A DNA stretch of 64,000 nucleotides from Balanoglossus misakiensis (lineage: Eukaryota > Animalia > Hemichordata): assembly GCA_040954595.2 (NCBI GenBank), contig CM082592.2, forward strand, positions 2,855,462 to 2,919,461, written 5' to 3'. Shown here piece after piece: positions 23,461 to 36,944 of this stretch. Within the stretch, counting starts at the first letter, position 1. Each line of letters starts with the position of its first letter. Below the pieces are notes generated by a model. It did not search any database. It was given only the letters and a program-made list of their open reading frames with translations, and had not been told where the DNA came from. Position numbers and translations under genes: made by a program.

Positions 23461-26400
23461 AAAAAAAAAATTTGCAGTCAGGATATTCTTGAGCTATACA
23501 CATAGAAGCAATGACAGATTTTCTGACTGACATTTTATGGAACACAAACATAGAAAGATGTTTCGATTCCACATTACAACAATGAACACATTTACTATAA
23601 TTTAAGTTATTCATGTAGAATCACGGACATAGTATTAGTTACAAATTGTGAACACAGAAAATGTCTTTACTGATTAGGCAGTTTAAGACAAGTTTCGGAT
23701 TTTTTTGGTTAGACTAGCTATTTCATGTCTTCTTTTTGATATTTGTCAAATGTTAGATGGCTGATACGGGTCACTTCAGGCCAAGTAAAGGTTAATTTTC
23801 AGAGACAATATCAAAAGCATAGGGGAAAACACTATGTGCAAATGCAAAGACATGTGCCTAGCAAAGGTGTAGCCTATGGAAGTCTACATACAATGAAAAG
23901 TGTGTGTTGCCAAATTGGGTATATAGCTATAATCCTGAATCCTCATCACTGAGTGTATTGTTATCAGAAGCCATGAGGATTGTGCATATTTGATGCCTGT
24001 TACAGAGCTTTGATGATTTAGCACAGCTAATGATAAAATCACCTGTGACCTAGCAATGGTATTCATGCTCTCTAAGAAGCAAGTAGTAAATCAGTTATGC
24101 TATGTACCTACATGGTGTACCTATGGGTCAGGTCAGTTACAGACAATTTAAGTATAATAATCCAGTCATGATGACCATTGATCTAATATTAAGTTAAAGC
24201 TCCGTTATATAGCTGTAACATTTCACTATGTTTTCAATATTTTTGTTTTGTGTATGCGGCGCAGTTTCGTGTCCACATCCCAGAAGCACGATGAAATTCC
24301 AGTATCCATCTTATCAACATAACCTATATGTGTATAGTCAGCGATGTTATTTCTGCAAAATTTGAATTCAAGTCCAGACTAGAATTCACTTGTCAACGAT
24401 AACAGTTGCCGTAAAAACATGATAAGTTGATAAGTGGAGTGCTGCTTGGCTATGATAGCATACAGTTTGAAGCAATACAAGAATTCTGTTGGTACACAGA
24501 ACAAGAATATTGAAAATTATTACGCTAAAATTTACAGCCTCATATATCCATCTTGAATTGAATATTTAGCAGTTGAAGCATGCATGGAAGCCATAGTTTG
24601 TTCTGGTGAGTCAGCTACACTAACATATAAGTTTATGTTTTTATGATCGAATGTGGCCATTCTTGATACGTAGCTGGTTGTACTAGCTCTGTACGGTTGA
24701 TGTCTGTATACATACACTTAGGAGGGTGATAGTTGTATGGCCAAAGGCAATGACAGAGACTTTTCAACTTTATGAAGTATGTACTATATATATTTGGAGA
24801 GTGTAAAATAAAAGTTATATTGACTAAAAGAAACATAGAGGTTTTTTCACCTGCATTTGTTTATGTGTGAGAGAAAGCAACAGTCTGAAGTGTGAAATTT
24901 GCCAAAATCATGATTAAAAGTGCATCACTACTAATTGAGAACAGATGACCAAGATGATATATTTTTTTAAATTCATTTTATTCTAGGTCAGTGCCTAAAT
25001 GATATAAGGCTTTTAGTTTTTGTTCCACGAAAATCTTTGCCATTTAAATTTGATGTGATGTGATGTGATGTCACACCTTTCCTTCTTCTTGATTATTTTT
25101 TGTCACAACAAGCAAGCTTCTTTATGAGGTTTACAGAAGAAAGAGTTGCCCATCAGAATAATTAAAGCTCCATTCGCTGTGTAATTTTTCACTTTGTTTC
25201 AGTATTTTTGTTGTACTGCAGTTTCTTGTTCAAATTCCTGAATCATGATGAAATTCCCGGAATTTAGCTTATCGACCCAACAGATATTTGTATAGTCAGC
25301 ATTGTTATTGTGCAAAATTCGTATTCAAGTCTGGACTACACACAACCAGACTATGTTAACAAGCAGAGTACTGGATATATAAGCATGCTGTTTGGAATAG
25401 AACAAGAATTTGCATTTGGTACACATAAAAAATCCTGGAAATAAAGCTAAAGATACAGCTAATGTCCCTTTAATGTTACAGAGACTATGCAAATCCAGGT
25501 CAAGTAGGTTTGTCAGAGAAAAAGTGAAATTGTAAAACCCTTCAGAAACATGACCGTTGACACAAGGGCATGTTACAATGCTCTACAAGACACCATGTTC
25601 ACATAAAGGCTGCAAAGTTATCAAGCTGAGTACAGACATTGTCCTTGCTGAATTAAGAAAAAAAAAAGACATGTTGAAAGAAACATACAGTAGAGTGAAA
25701 TCAGTCAAGACATGTCTGCAAAATGTTATGTTTCTAACAATGTTATGAACTGGAAGGATGATGTGTAAATATTTACATTATTTAGCACACTGCTCGTAGC
25801 GAGTCTAAATGAATTCAGTTAAAACATGTTTAAGAAATAGCTCTGCACTTTTAATCAACCACAAAATGACTGTCAGGGGGCCAAATCATATCATATAAAC
25901 CATTTTATATCATATAATATCATATCATATCATAATTATCATATGATATCATAATGTATATCATAACCCTTGTGATAAAAATTTGCTTGTGTTTATTACT
26001 TTGATGGCTCAAATCACATTAGTATGATTCAAAATTAATTTTTGTACATTGAAATAATTGTAACAGACATATCTCTTGTACTTCATTCATATAACTGACT
26101 ATATGTGTACGTCATATAGTCAGTGTTCCAGCCAGGTATAGTAATAAGCACCGTGTCCCTTTGTTCTAAAGGCTCACCAGCTGCGTCTATGTGTATTTAC
26201 TCATAAGATGGTCTGGCATCAAAAGCAACCTCATGTGAAAATGCTTGAAACGTATGACCACAGGCAAGTTTTAAAACACAAGCGTTGAATGTACAATTTA
26301 GATTTTAACATCAGTGGTATAGACAAATTTGAACCATATGGACATGTGTATAGGATACAGCCTAACACTTTACAATCGGGGACTATCTTGATTTCCAAGT

Positions 26401-28005
26401 GCTGTATCAAATATGAACGCCCATACTGTTTAGTTTTTGTGTAGTCACTGGCAGTGGTCATATATGACTTGCAAGCTATAAATTATTTATTTGTTAAAAT
26501 ATTTTTTTTTTCACATGTGGTCACATTTTGGTACATGTATTTTTCACACAAGTTGCTTTTGATTTCATTACATTGTAAAAATGCAAAGATACAAGCTGGT
26601 GGGGGCTGTACCCCTTCCAACACCATGGTTTGGTCGAAATCCATTGTTTTCTACGACAAAGTTGGAACTCTAACGAGGGAAACTGGGGTGAAAGGGTTAA
26701 TGGGGATTTGGATATATGTTCATGGATCCGCAATGTGCTTATATATAGAAAGTCGCTGTCCCTGATGCCAAGAATCCTCTCGTTTGCTATTTGATAGGAC
26801 GTGGCTTGCGCAAATCCTGCACCTTCAATGTGGTGTAGGGTAAGTCACACCAAAACAGATGAAAACTGTATATGCATACATACAATAATTGTATAATACA
26901 TGTACATGTGCTCAAACATTAAGATATATTCAGATCGTATTCTCACAATGCAATTCATCATCAGGCACCTACAGCTCCACTTATGCTAATGTCACAAATT
27001 TGTGCATGTAAGGTAATACTTTGATTAAAGTCTGGAATATCTTACATACATGTACAATATATGGTCATAGATACTGGTACTTTCTGTACAGAGATAGACA
27101 GACATAATCTCTCTTTCTCTCCAATCTCTCTGTTTGCCTCTCACACACATTGCACATAATCTATGAAAACCTCTGGACACTGTCTATCATTATCAAGCTA
27201 ACCCAACCACACAAAACATTGGTTAGAAATCTAGAAGACGTTGACACTACATGAACAAAGAAAACATTTCTGGTAGAAATGGTGGCTTGTACTCTTTAAG
27301 GCCTACAGGGATCAGTACATTACAAGGGTTATGTGCTCATTTACATGTAGAAATTATGGTAAAGAACCCCCACCCCTACCTACATGAGGTCAAGTAACGA
27401 TGATAATAATGTGGAAAATAGGAGACAGGTTAGATTGGGGGGTGGGGGGGGGGGGGGGGAGGTGGTGTTTGAAACCGCATATATGAGTGGGTGCATTTTC
27501 ATTCCACCATCCAGACCGTAGGTTTAGAAATTTATCCTGTTATATTCTTTTCATGCCAACCACCGAGCACAAAGTAGTGAGTTTTAAAACTAGCAATATC
27601 AAATTGCTGCATACATAATAAGAAATATGATAATGATGGTTCTTCTTGCTGGACATATCATGGTCACTGTGGGGTAGTAAGTAATTATGCAGTCAATGTA
27701 ATCAGTTCTGTCTTGAGTACAATCAACAGAAGATCTGTGATTGATTCAACAAGTAATGTCACTTCCACCACTTTTCCCAGCTGGAGTTCAACATCACTCA
27801 CTTCAAAATTCCACAGGTGAAGGGGTCTGCAGATCTACAAACGATGGATAGACTATTTTGACAGCAGCATTCCACAATCAAGAGCAAACATATACTTTTC
27901 CAGATACCTCTCCCATTGGGTACGATTCTCCATGTCCTTTTCCGGCTAGAAAAATATATATACGGATAATATTGGCGTTTTTGATATTCACTCTCAAATA
28001 CCCGT

Positions 28006-29633
28006 CTATTTTTTCAAAGTACTGAGATGATTTGGAGCATCAGCAAACATATATTTCCATCGGTAGGCTTCTGCGACTAAAACTCCAATCTGCTCATTGT
28101 CCCAGTCTTTGGTTGGAAGATTCTGAAGAAACAGCAAAATACTCTGAAAAGACAACATAGAGAAAATGGCTCTTAATTAATATTGTTTAAATTACAGGGG
28201 CGGGGGCGGGGGGGGGGGGGGGGGGGGGGAGTGGTCAGTCTGTTTTAACTAAAATGTAATTTTAATTGACTATGATCCCAGTGCAATGACTGCACATCTG
28301 TGACCGGATGAACACATTAAATCCTAAATAGTAAAGTCGTCTCAAATAAATAGTAATGGTGTATAGTTCGCAAATGATTTTCCAAGTTCCCATTTATCTT
28401 CAGGACCATTTCTAAAGCGATCACACAGCTTGCTGTCATGTTAATTTTAAAAAAGGTGAAGAAAAAAGTAGTCTTGAATTCTTACATGAAAGTCTTTCTT
28501 TCTTTTGATGGTCTCTGAATATTTGACAAGCAGAGCAGCACAGACGTACAGGTGAAAGTTTGCAAAACCATCTCTTTCACTCTGAAATAAAGCAAAGTAG
28601 AATCAAGTCAACAAAAGAGCACATATTGATGACACCTGCAGGCCAGAAAACACTGCAAATCAAATTGTAACACACTTCATCCGCAGACTGTGTTCTCATT
28701 CGTCAATTGATAGTCACGTGGTGTGCGTTCTCTTTGTGCTGTTGCCCGCCAAGCATCAGTTCCCAAAAATGCTGCCCGCTCACTTTGTGTATGGTGAGTT
28801 CTTATGCATGGCTGTGGATGACGTGTGTTACAAAACACATGTTGACTGGCTTTTCGGGCAACAGCATACGTCTTTCACCCCTCAGGACTGTGAGTCACCC
28901 CCCCCCAAAAACCCCCCAAAAAACAACAACAAAAACAAACAAACAAACCCCAGACCGTTGCTGGCCAACATTATTATTTCAATGACAAAAATCATGGCAT
29001 ATGAACGAAAATGATGTTATATAAAACATTGACATTAATTTTATACACTTTATATAGTTCTTAATGTGTCAGCTATGGTGACCGGAGTTTCAGTGTGTTT
29101 GTTTCCATGAGTTTGTCTTAAACACTCACCATGTAGGTATCCCAGAGTCTGATTGTACATTTCAGTGGTAGTTCTCGCATTAGTAAATTATTCATCCATC
29201 GAAATGCAAACTGTAAGTACTCAACATTGTGCTTTCCGAAATGGTCATGTAGAGGAGCTGGAAAGAAGATGCAAAAATACTACATACATGTACACTTTTA
29301 ATAAAATGTTATTTTACATTTGTGCAATTTCTTGAAAATATTTGTGACAGCTATGTCTTGTCAATTATAGATAGTATAAATGGATCATGGAATGCACAGC
29401 TGCTCAAAGCAACGCACATTTCCATGGTATAAACATATGAGTATTTACATGTTTGTCAATATGCCTGACTGGTAATCAAGTTTTTTAGAGCAAATGCAGG
29501 TTCCCAAAACAAACGTGTATCCAGGATTTGCTTGATCTTAAATGTAACCAATCATTCATTCATTCATTCATTCATTCATTCATTCATTCATTCATTCATT
29601 CATTCATTCATTCATTCATTCATTCATTCATTC

Positions 29634-29700
<67 letters not shown>

Positions 29701-32700
29701 CAAACAAACAAACACAAAAGTTAAAATAACAAGAATCACTTACCATCAACTCTTTGCACAAGTTCCCGTAGAGCATTAACTTTCAGCTGAATTCCTGGCT
29801 GTGCAAAAGTATAATTATCTTGGATACCATCTAGTAATTTGCTCATACACCAAAAACTATCAGCTTCAATGAATGACAGCTTTTCTTCTTCCAATTTTTG
29901 TACGTTGAAATTATCAATTGCTTCGGCAGTATCATCTGTAAACATCATCAAAATTTTAATTAAAATCAGGACATTATATCAATATTGTATTTCAGCATTA
30001 TGTTAATATGCTCTTTATATGCATCCATTATTAAATTTTGTGTGTCAGGATACATCTAAAGACTTCTTATTATTTTTAATGTATTTATTATCAACTCAAC
30101 TTTCTCTAGGTCACAGAAAAGTCATGCATTGAAACTCTGTCTACTATGTTAAAATGAATAATTTTTAGAAACCGGTAGCCTCTAAGGTTCACAAGCCTTA
30201 GTATATAGGCCTACATGATCCCACACTTACCTGTTCACTCAACACAAACTATAACAACTCAAGACAAATTTTGTTGAAATTTATTTAATTTATTATAGTA
30301 TGATTAAGCCCATAGATTGGGGCAAGTCTAAAGTTTGCCAAATTTCATTTGATATTCTTGTGGAGTGTCACAACTAGATTGCAAATAGGTCAAAGGTCAT
30401 GCACTTACCAACAAATTCTGAGAGGAAAACAACGAAGAATGGTGTGACCAAGTCATTCATGCCTTGCACATATCCACTAGCAGGATGACGAATTGCCCAG
30501 ATATACAGTATTCGTTCAAAAATCTGTAGCAGTGAAACGAGTGGAAATTATTTACAATTATCTCATAAGGAATGAAACAGAACACCACCAAAAATTAGCT
30601 TCATTTGGATATTTTGTCACCATTTTCATCTTATTATTTTTTTGTTATGTCATTTTTCAGAATTTCCTTTTATTTGGTCAGTAGCTAGTCTTTTTTAATG
30701 AGAAAATCAGCTTGATATAATTATATGTCACCCTTCCTTTCTACCATCCAACCCATACCGGTACCTACACACTCCTCAACCCACCCATCCCACAATATTC
30801 ATCTACCCTCCCATTCACCCACCTACAACCCATCTACCTACACCTACGAAACTGATATACCGGTAAGTTCCAAATATCCAAAATATTCAAATGTCACATC
30901 ATGAATTCATAAATTCTGGTAATTGTGTTTTGTAACTACATTTTCTTGTTCCGCTCCCTACAGTATCCCAGTACATCAGGTTTTCTGCTTGTGAACAAGT
31001 CATTTGTAAATGTACCCAATATTGTTATTGTTGACAAATACATTCAAGTTCAGACTAGAATAACATTTTTGCGAGTTTGCTTTCTACAGTGTAGATGCCA
31101 CAAAAAAGATTGAACAGTAAAAAAATTAAACGGTATTCCATTTTATCATGACAAAGACACTTACCTCATGCACCACAGGTTGATGGAAAAGAGGCATAAG
31201 AGGATTGGTACGAGGTATATCAATGTGTATCTGAAGAAGAACAAATCAACCAGTCAGATCGTCATGGCAGCAATATCATCAAGGACTGTTGTAGTTAATG
31301 CTGTAAAGGGACAAAGTCTCTCTCTCGCTGCCCTTTTTCCATTAATTATGTTTGATACAAGACACTACTTATGTTATTCTACATGTGGATATAGCGAATC
31401 AACGTTCGACCATACACAACTTACATCCTGTTTGTAGGATATGAGAGTAAAAAACTGTTACATAAGATAAGGACAAGGGAAAATCACATGAATAGATGTG
31501 TATATATACTCATACCTGTCTGTAAGTATCTCTGTGTATTGGTTCATGTCTTGTCTCATAATATTGATCTATAAAACTGAAATATTCTGCTCGTTTCCTT
31601 TCCAATGTCAGTATCCTCCGATCTATATTGCTTGGTAAATAACCCTGTTGGACAAAAAGAAAATCTTTATTGCAATAGGCATATCTGTTTTTTTGCTAAA
31701 AATGTTATGTTCTACATTCAGCGGAATGTTTAATTTTGATTATTTTCTCACTCTCGTTGTAATTCAATTTTTTGGGGTCTATTGCCCCATAATTTCACAT
31801 ACTTGTAATGCAAAATTGCTTGCATCATCCACAAGTGATCTATAAAAAAAACCTTTTGGCTAAAAATGGCAAAACTTTTAGATAGGTTAAGTAAATGATT
31901 AGATTAAATCTGACGCTCCAAGTCCAAACAAACAAGTTACATACCATGGTGACAGTAAAATGATCAACACTCATATTTTCACACATAAGAGCATTCACAA
32001 CTCCTGTTTGAGAATCACCTTTACTAATATCTGCAGCATAACTTCACAATGATGTACAAGTTGATGCCTGTCATTATTACCGTTTACCGTTCTCTAATTA
32101 AAATCATGACATCTTTCCCGTTTTTCTTTCAACTTACGAGTAAAATTTTCCAAGCAGTTGGTCTGACAGAAGGTGGAATACCTGACCAGCTTAATTTCCG
32201 TAATTCCTCTGGAAAATTAAAACAAAACATAGCAGCATGTGACATTGGCAGACAGATATGACCTAACCATATATAAATATGGAAATGTAAAACAATTAAC
32301 AAGGAACATACCCAATAAACTGTCTTACGTCAAGCGGTGGTAGAAAAAATGATTTTTGACCAAAAATTGTCTGTACAAACACATGTGACAAGCACCTTCT
32401 TTCAGTTAGACAGACACTACAGACAGACAGACAAACAGGGATGCTCACTGACCTGCCATTGGTAATTACTAATAGAATAGCCAGTGGTCTCTGTAATATA
32501 GCAGAGGGTAAACATGTAGCGTACAGTCACAGTATGGGGGTAAAGCTGATCATGTAATGACTTACCCAAGTCTGTTGTTGAACCTGCTAACAGTTGCCCG
32601 AACTTCTGCAATTTTGTTGCTTCTCTGTCTGGTACCGGCATGTTAGATATCCTCATTGGTGACATTGGTTTCGGCGCTTCCTTTATAACAGTTTGCCGTA

Positions 32701-34385
32701 TTCCAACACCAGGCCCACCAGCAGCACTTCCTGCACTTGGTGTTTGAGAGTCTGGTGTTGTCTGTAACACTGCAGAGGCAAACAGTGAAACTTAATAAGT
32801 TTTCAGTCTTATTTCAGACTCTCAATTGCACAAAAGCAATAACAAAAGTTTATATGTACAGCTTTCAATAATGTTTAATGCTAAGAAGTACTGTAATTTT
32901 CGCGATATCAAAAGAGGCAACAGACTGTAACGCGACTATTGATTTTCGCATTCTTGTATTTCACTGCATCGTTATCTCCTAAAAACATTTTAACGCAACT
33001 TTTTTCACTTGCATTTCCACTCAACCTGTATGCGTTCGAAGTAAGTTTGCTAATTTCAGACATATTTACCTTTATGAGCTGTAGTAGAGTTCACATCAGT
33101 TGTTTTGGATCTCACATCCGCATTACTTGAGTTAATAGATGAAGTACCTTGATTGTGATCAATCGACGACCGAGGAAACTCTTCCTCAACTGATAATTTC
33201 TTAGTCCTTTGTAACATTAAATCATCTTCAGTATCATCCCAAGCATCAAGTGTGCTGTTGTCGAAGTCAGCAAATGAATCCGCCCTTTTGCTACTCCTAT
33301 TTTTACCCTGGTCTACGTTTGCTAGACTAGCCTGAATCACAGCTTCTGTTGGAGGATGCTTCGCTCCATATACAGGCTTGATGCTGAAAAGTTAAAAAGT
33401 ATTTTTAGAAGAGAACATTGGGCATCAGTTCTTTTGCAGATTGGACATCTTCATATTCCACATAATTTAACAAGATCACTTCCATTGCATGCAATATAAA
33501 GATTAAAATTTCATGTTAGAGTCATAATTAGAGACTAGTTTATTATTTTGAAAGAAAATACATAAAAGGGGCAGAAATTGTAACAACTAACATTTGATAA
33601 CTTTTTCACAATTAAAGTGTCTCATGTTTCTGTTGAAAATCAGAATCAAAATTAAAATGTCAAGTTTTCTAAATAAAACAGTCATCAGGGCAAGGGCGGG
33701 CAGCAGACAAGGGCTACAGCAGGTGCATGCATGGATGATGGCTCACACAAACCACAAGGCACTTGAACTACAAAAAAGTGGAATTAGAAACAAGAAATCA
33801 CTCAAGAATAAGGCACGTGAAAGTACTTTATTGTGGTGGCTGCATATCTCCAGTACAGTGTATAGCTCTGCGTGGCAGACACTGCCCTACCATGCAGAGC
33901 TAAGTCTACCACGTACGCCATACCAGCTGAGTGCCAGTAGGGCTGGGCGGAGCTGGGTCATATTATTATGGTGGCCGAACCGGGACCACGGAGCTCGATG
34001 ATCGGACACTCTCGCCGTGGGGCTTAGGCAGGTGACAGTTGTTCCTTTGGCAGCAATGAAGCCATTTTGTGTAGCATAGAGCATAGACTCTGTCCCTTTA
34101 AATTTAAGATACCCAGTTTCGTGCAAAATAGCCGACAGTTCACTGCTGCTCCTGTTCGATTTCGTGTTCACATCTTTCCCGTAACGTGATGCATATCAAA
34201 TAAAACTCTAACTTTAAAATGCGAAGACAAGTGTTCACCTTCCAATCAACACCGATCGACGACAAGTGCATCATCTGCAGAAACTTCAAAATTGACACCT
34301 ACCTTCCTGGAACTTTGTCAGAGTTGCGTTTCCAAAATGTTTTCTTGTTTTTCTTTGCATCGGTATTTAACCCTAATGCAGCCAT
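28006..34385 (-). CDS. TBC1D22B: TBC1 domain family member 22 (Rab GAP, TBC1D22A/B pro-orthologue), 11 exons, ~511 aa
   Basis: Exons 34303-34385, 33070-33383, 32566-32769, 32138-32208, 31516-31644, 31165-31230, 30409-30523, 29744-29935, 29130-29257, 28486-28581 and 28006-28143 are in phase. Motifs: FWKRNSDKVPGSIKPVYGAKHPP, LRKLSWSGIP, QIHIDIPRT (Arg finger), HPASGYVQGMNDLVTPFF (Gln finger), YLQFAFRWMNNLLMRE. A versus B cannot be assigned because that is a vertebrate duplication. Confidence 0.95.
29549..29713. repeat. Compound (ATTC)n(ATCA)n(AAAC)n microsatellite
   Basis: Direct reading; in a TBC1D22 intron. Confidence 0.95.
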
Positions 34386-34489
34386 AATTTTCGTATACGT
34401 AAAGCACGGGAGTCTGTAGAGTTAGAATTCTACATCAGTGATCGGTTTCTTTCGGATAGAATGTTGACGATAGGATCGAAATTCTGCCG

Positions 34490-34620
34490 TACTACTTCAT
34501 TACACCACGTCCGCCATTTTTATTTTACGTCAACATATGACATTGCCTATACCCAGAGGGCGCTGTCTATGACCCCGCTTTTTCATGGCCTTTACAGCAT
34601 TCTCCGTACGTACGTGTAAT
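34490..34620. promoter_or_regulatory. Probable bidirectional promoter of TBC1D22 (-) and LAGE3 (+)
   Basis: Lies between the head-to-head genes and is CpG-enriched. It carries a YY1-like ccgccatttt (34511-34520), a CRE-like ttacgtca, and a CTCF-like ccagagggcgct (34553-34564). Confidence 0.5.
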
Positions 34621-35798
34621 ATTGAAAGAAGAACAACTTCACGTATATTCCCATTTGTCTTGTTTATGCTCTGCTTTTAAGTGAAAACAAACCTTTATTA
34701 AATAAATTAGTGATCTATCGAACGCCCAGTCATCATATCCGAAAACAAATACGAGTCCGAAAATTGGCTTAGTAGTGAGGTCATAAGCAGGTCGCGGTGT
34801 GTTTACCAGTGGCCAGTGGGCGAGGTATGATGGCTTGTCAGGGTGACTCCAGTACGGAAACTTCATACCTTCGCTGGTATCCTTTTGCAAATCTTATAAG
34901 ATAATTTTAAACGGTTAAATGGCCTCATTGGCAGTGCAGTATGGTGTTGGTTGTGCTGCGCACCGGGGAAGCAAAGGCGTCTGGGTAACCGAGACTAGGA
35001 GGGCCTAGGGGTGAGCTGAGCGAGGCAGTACCCGGGGGCTGTACAGTACAACCATTCACGAGTCCCACTTACCCCCGGCAGAAAAGTGACTAAAACGTAA
35101 CTAATAAGGATTCACAGATAGCTGCAATGAATATAGCCCTGATGCCCTATAGCATGTTTTGTGTGCCTGTGTGTGTGGAGGGGGGGGGGGGGGGGTGTTT
35201 GAGTGCACCCCTACTCAACTAACCATACATCAGGGCTACAATTATTGCAGCGAAATTAATCCCAATCGCCCCATATATTGATGCTAAAGCAAACGAATCA
35301 AGTCCAAGATATAAATTGCAATGCATACAGAACAGCTATAAAAGTTGGTAAAGGAAAAGTCAAAATTTAAAAAGTGAACATCTTGGCTAAGTGCTTGATG
35401 GTCTCATTGCTTGTCAGTTGAGGATGTTCTGGAGAACATATGGGATTGCATTCATCATGAGAGAATCACAGTTTTGATATTACAGTTTGCATGACAGCTG
35501 AAAATAACCAATAGGCATACTGACAGCAACATTGTCAATGATGTAATCCAGTCAATGATCGGCTAATCATGGAAATACTTTTGTAGTACGTGTCACCAGT
35601 CACCAATTTTGAACATGACCCAGATTGATAATACATTGAAATAATTTGAATTTGAATTGTCTGACTTGTAATGCCAAACAATCACAAATAAGCACCACAA
35701 AACAGTTTTCGCTTTGATTGAGTAACTGAATAATTGATCTATTTGAGTTCATACGTTATCATTCCACTATCATTTCTTTAACGTAGAAAATCATACAG

Positions 35799-36619
35799 TG
35801 ATCTTAAAGTGCCATTTTCAAGTTCTGAGGAAGCAAAAATTGCACATAACACTTTGAGTGTTGATCCTGAACCAAGGAAAGGCCTGGTCTCCAAACAACT
35901 AACTGTTAAAGACAAGAATTTGTATGTGTAAGTAAACAGACATTGCTACAGGATAAATCGTCTGATTTATTTATGCTGTCAGTTTAATATCATGTGTAAA
36001 ATTAGATGTGATGAAGAGAGATCTTTGCATATTTGAAATAATCCAATATGTGTGAGTGTCAGCTTGCCATAGATTATGTAATTCATTCATTGGAAGAAAA
36101 ATCTACATTGAAACTAAAAGGACAAAGTCTCTCTCTCGCTGCCTTTTTTTCCATTAATTATGTTTGATTCAAGACACCGTTTCTGTTATTCTACATTCGA
36201 CCACACACAACTTCCACCCCACTTGTAGGATATGACAGTAAAAATCTCGCCCAAATGAATAAATGGTAGAGACTGATTATTGATTTTGGCGAGTTTGTCA
36301 CTCTTGTGTGTACAAGTGGAATGGAATTTGTGTGTGGTCCAATGTTGATTCACTATATATCCACAGGTAGAATAACATAAATGGTGTCTTGTATCAAACA
36401 TAATTAATGGCTATTAGGGGAAGGGCTGCGAGAGAGAGGCTTTGTCCCTTTAAGTAAGGTGTGGGTTACCATTTGTGGCCATTGACTTTATCGTTTGATT
36501 TCCACAGAACCATCAGATCAAAGAAAGCGACATTGCTGAGAGTGGCAGTGAATTCATTTATGGATCATCTAAGACTTGTCATTCAAACTGTCGATGAGTT
36601 CAGCCTCAATGGAAACTAA
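35799..36619 (+). CDS. LAGE3: EKC/KEOPS complex subunit LAGE3/Pcc1 (two internal/terminal exons; first coding exon not resolved)
   Basis: Exons 35799 (or 35787)-35927 and 36508-36619 are joined in phase 2 and give DLKVPFSSSEEAKIAHNTLSVDPEPRKGLVSKQLTVKDKNLYV|TIRSKKATLLRVAVNSFMDHLRLVIQTVDEFSLNGN*. This fits the Pcc1 pattern PF...A.IA...L.VD.EP and LR.A.NSF.D.L.L...T..EF. Confidence 0.88.
36118..36449. mobile_element. Kolobok-like palindromic MITE family A copy in the LAGE3 intron
   Basis: aaggacaaagtctctctctcgc...gcgagagagaggctttgtccct TTAA. Confidence 0.8.
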
Positions 36620-36944
36620 TACAACAGAGTGACACCATGACAGCTGTTACCACGGCGATGCACAAAAATCATTGGATGTCAGCAGTCTGCTGTTATGCTC
36701 CTGACTTTGCATCATGGGATTGGCACTTTGAAATCATAAAACCAGATGTTACTCTATGAGAAGTTGACTCCGTGAGCTGGCATTTGAATTCTACACACAC
36801 AGAATCAAAATACCATGCATCTGCTTTTGGTGGAAATACCTGACCTCCATGATCTGAAAAGAACTTATGCAAAATGCATACTACAGTGGTACATTTTTTT
36901 TCCTTTCTGAATAAAGTCGTCTTTTTAAAGTACAACTGAATTTT

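Noticed and set aside
23300-28000. 4.7-kb gap between the convergent GPI-type gene and TBC1D22 as the site of a hidden gene
   Set aside because: Only short low-complexity ORFs, MITEs and microsatellites were seen, consistent with 3' UTRs and intergenic DNA.
34365-34376. TAACCCTAA telomerase-template-like sequence near GC-rich structured regions
   Set aside because: It is the antisense of TBC1D22 codons (TTA GGG TTA). No pseudoknot is recognisable downstream, it is on the opposite strand from the hairpin-ACA candidate, and the same 9-mer arises by chance at TTAA-CCCT MITE ends (9879, 50518, 50822).
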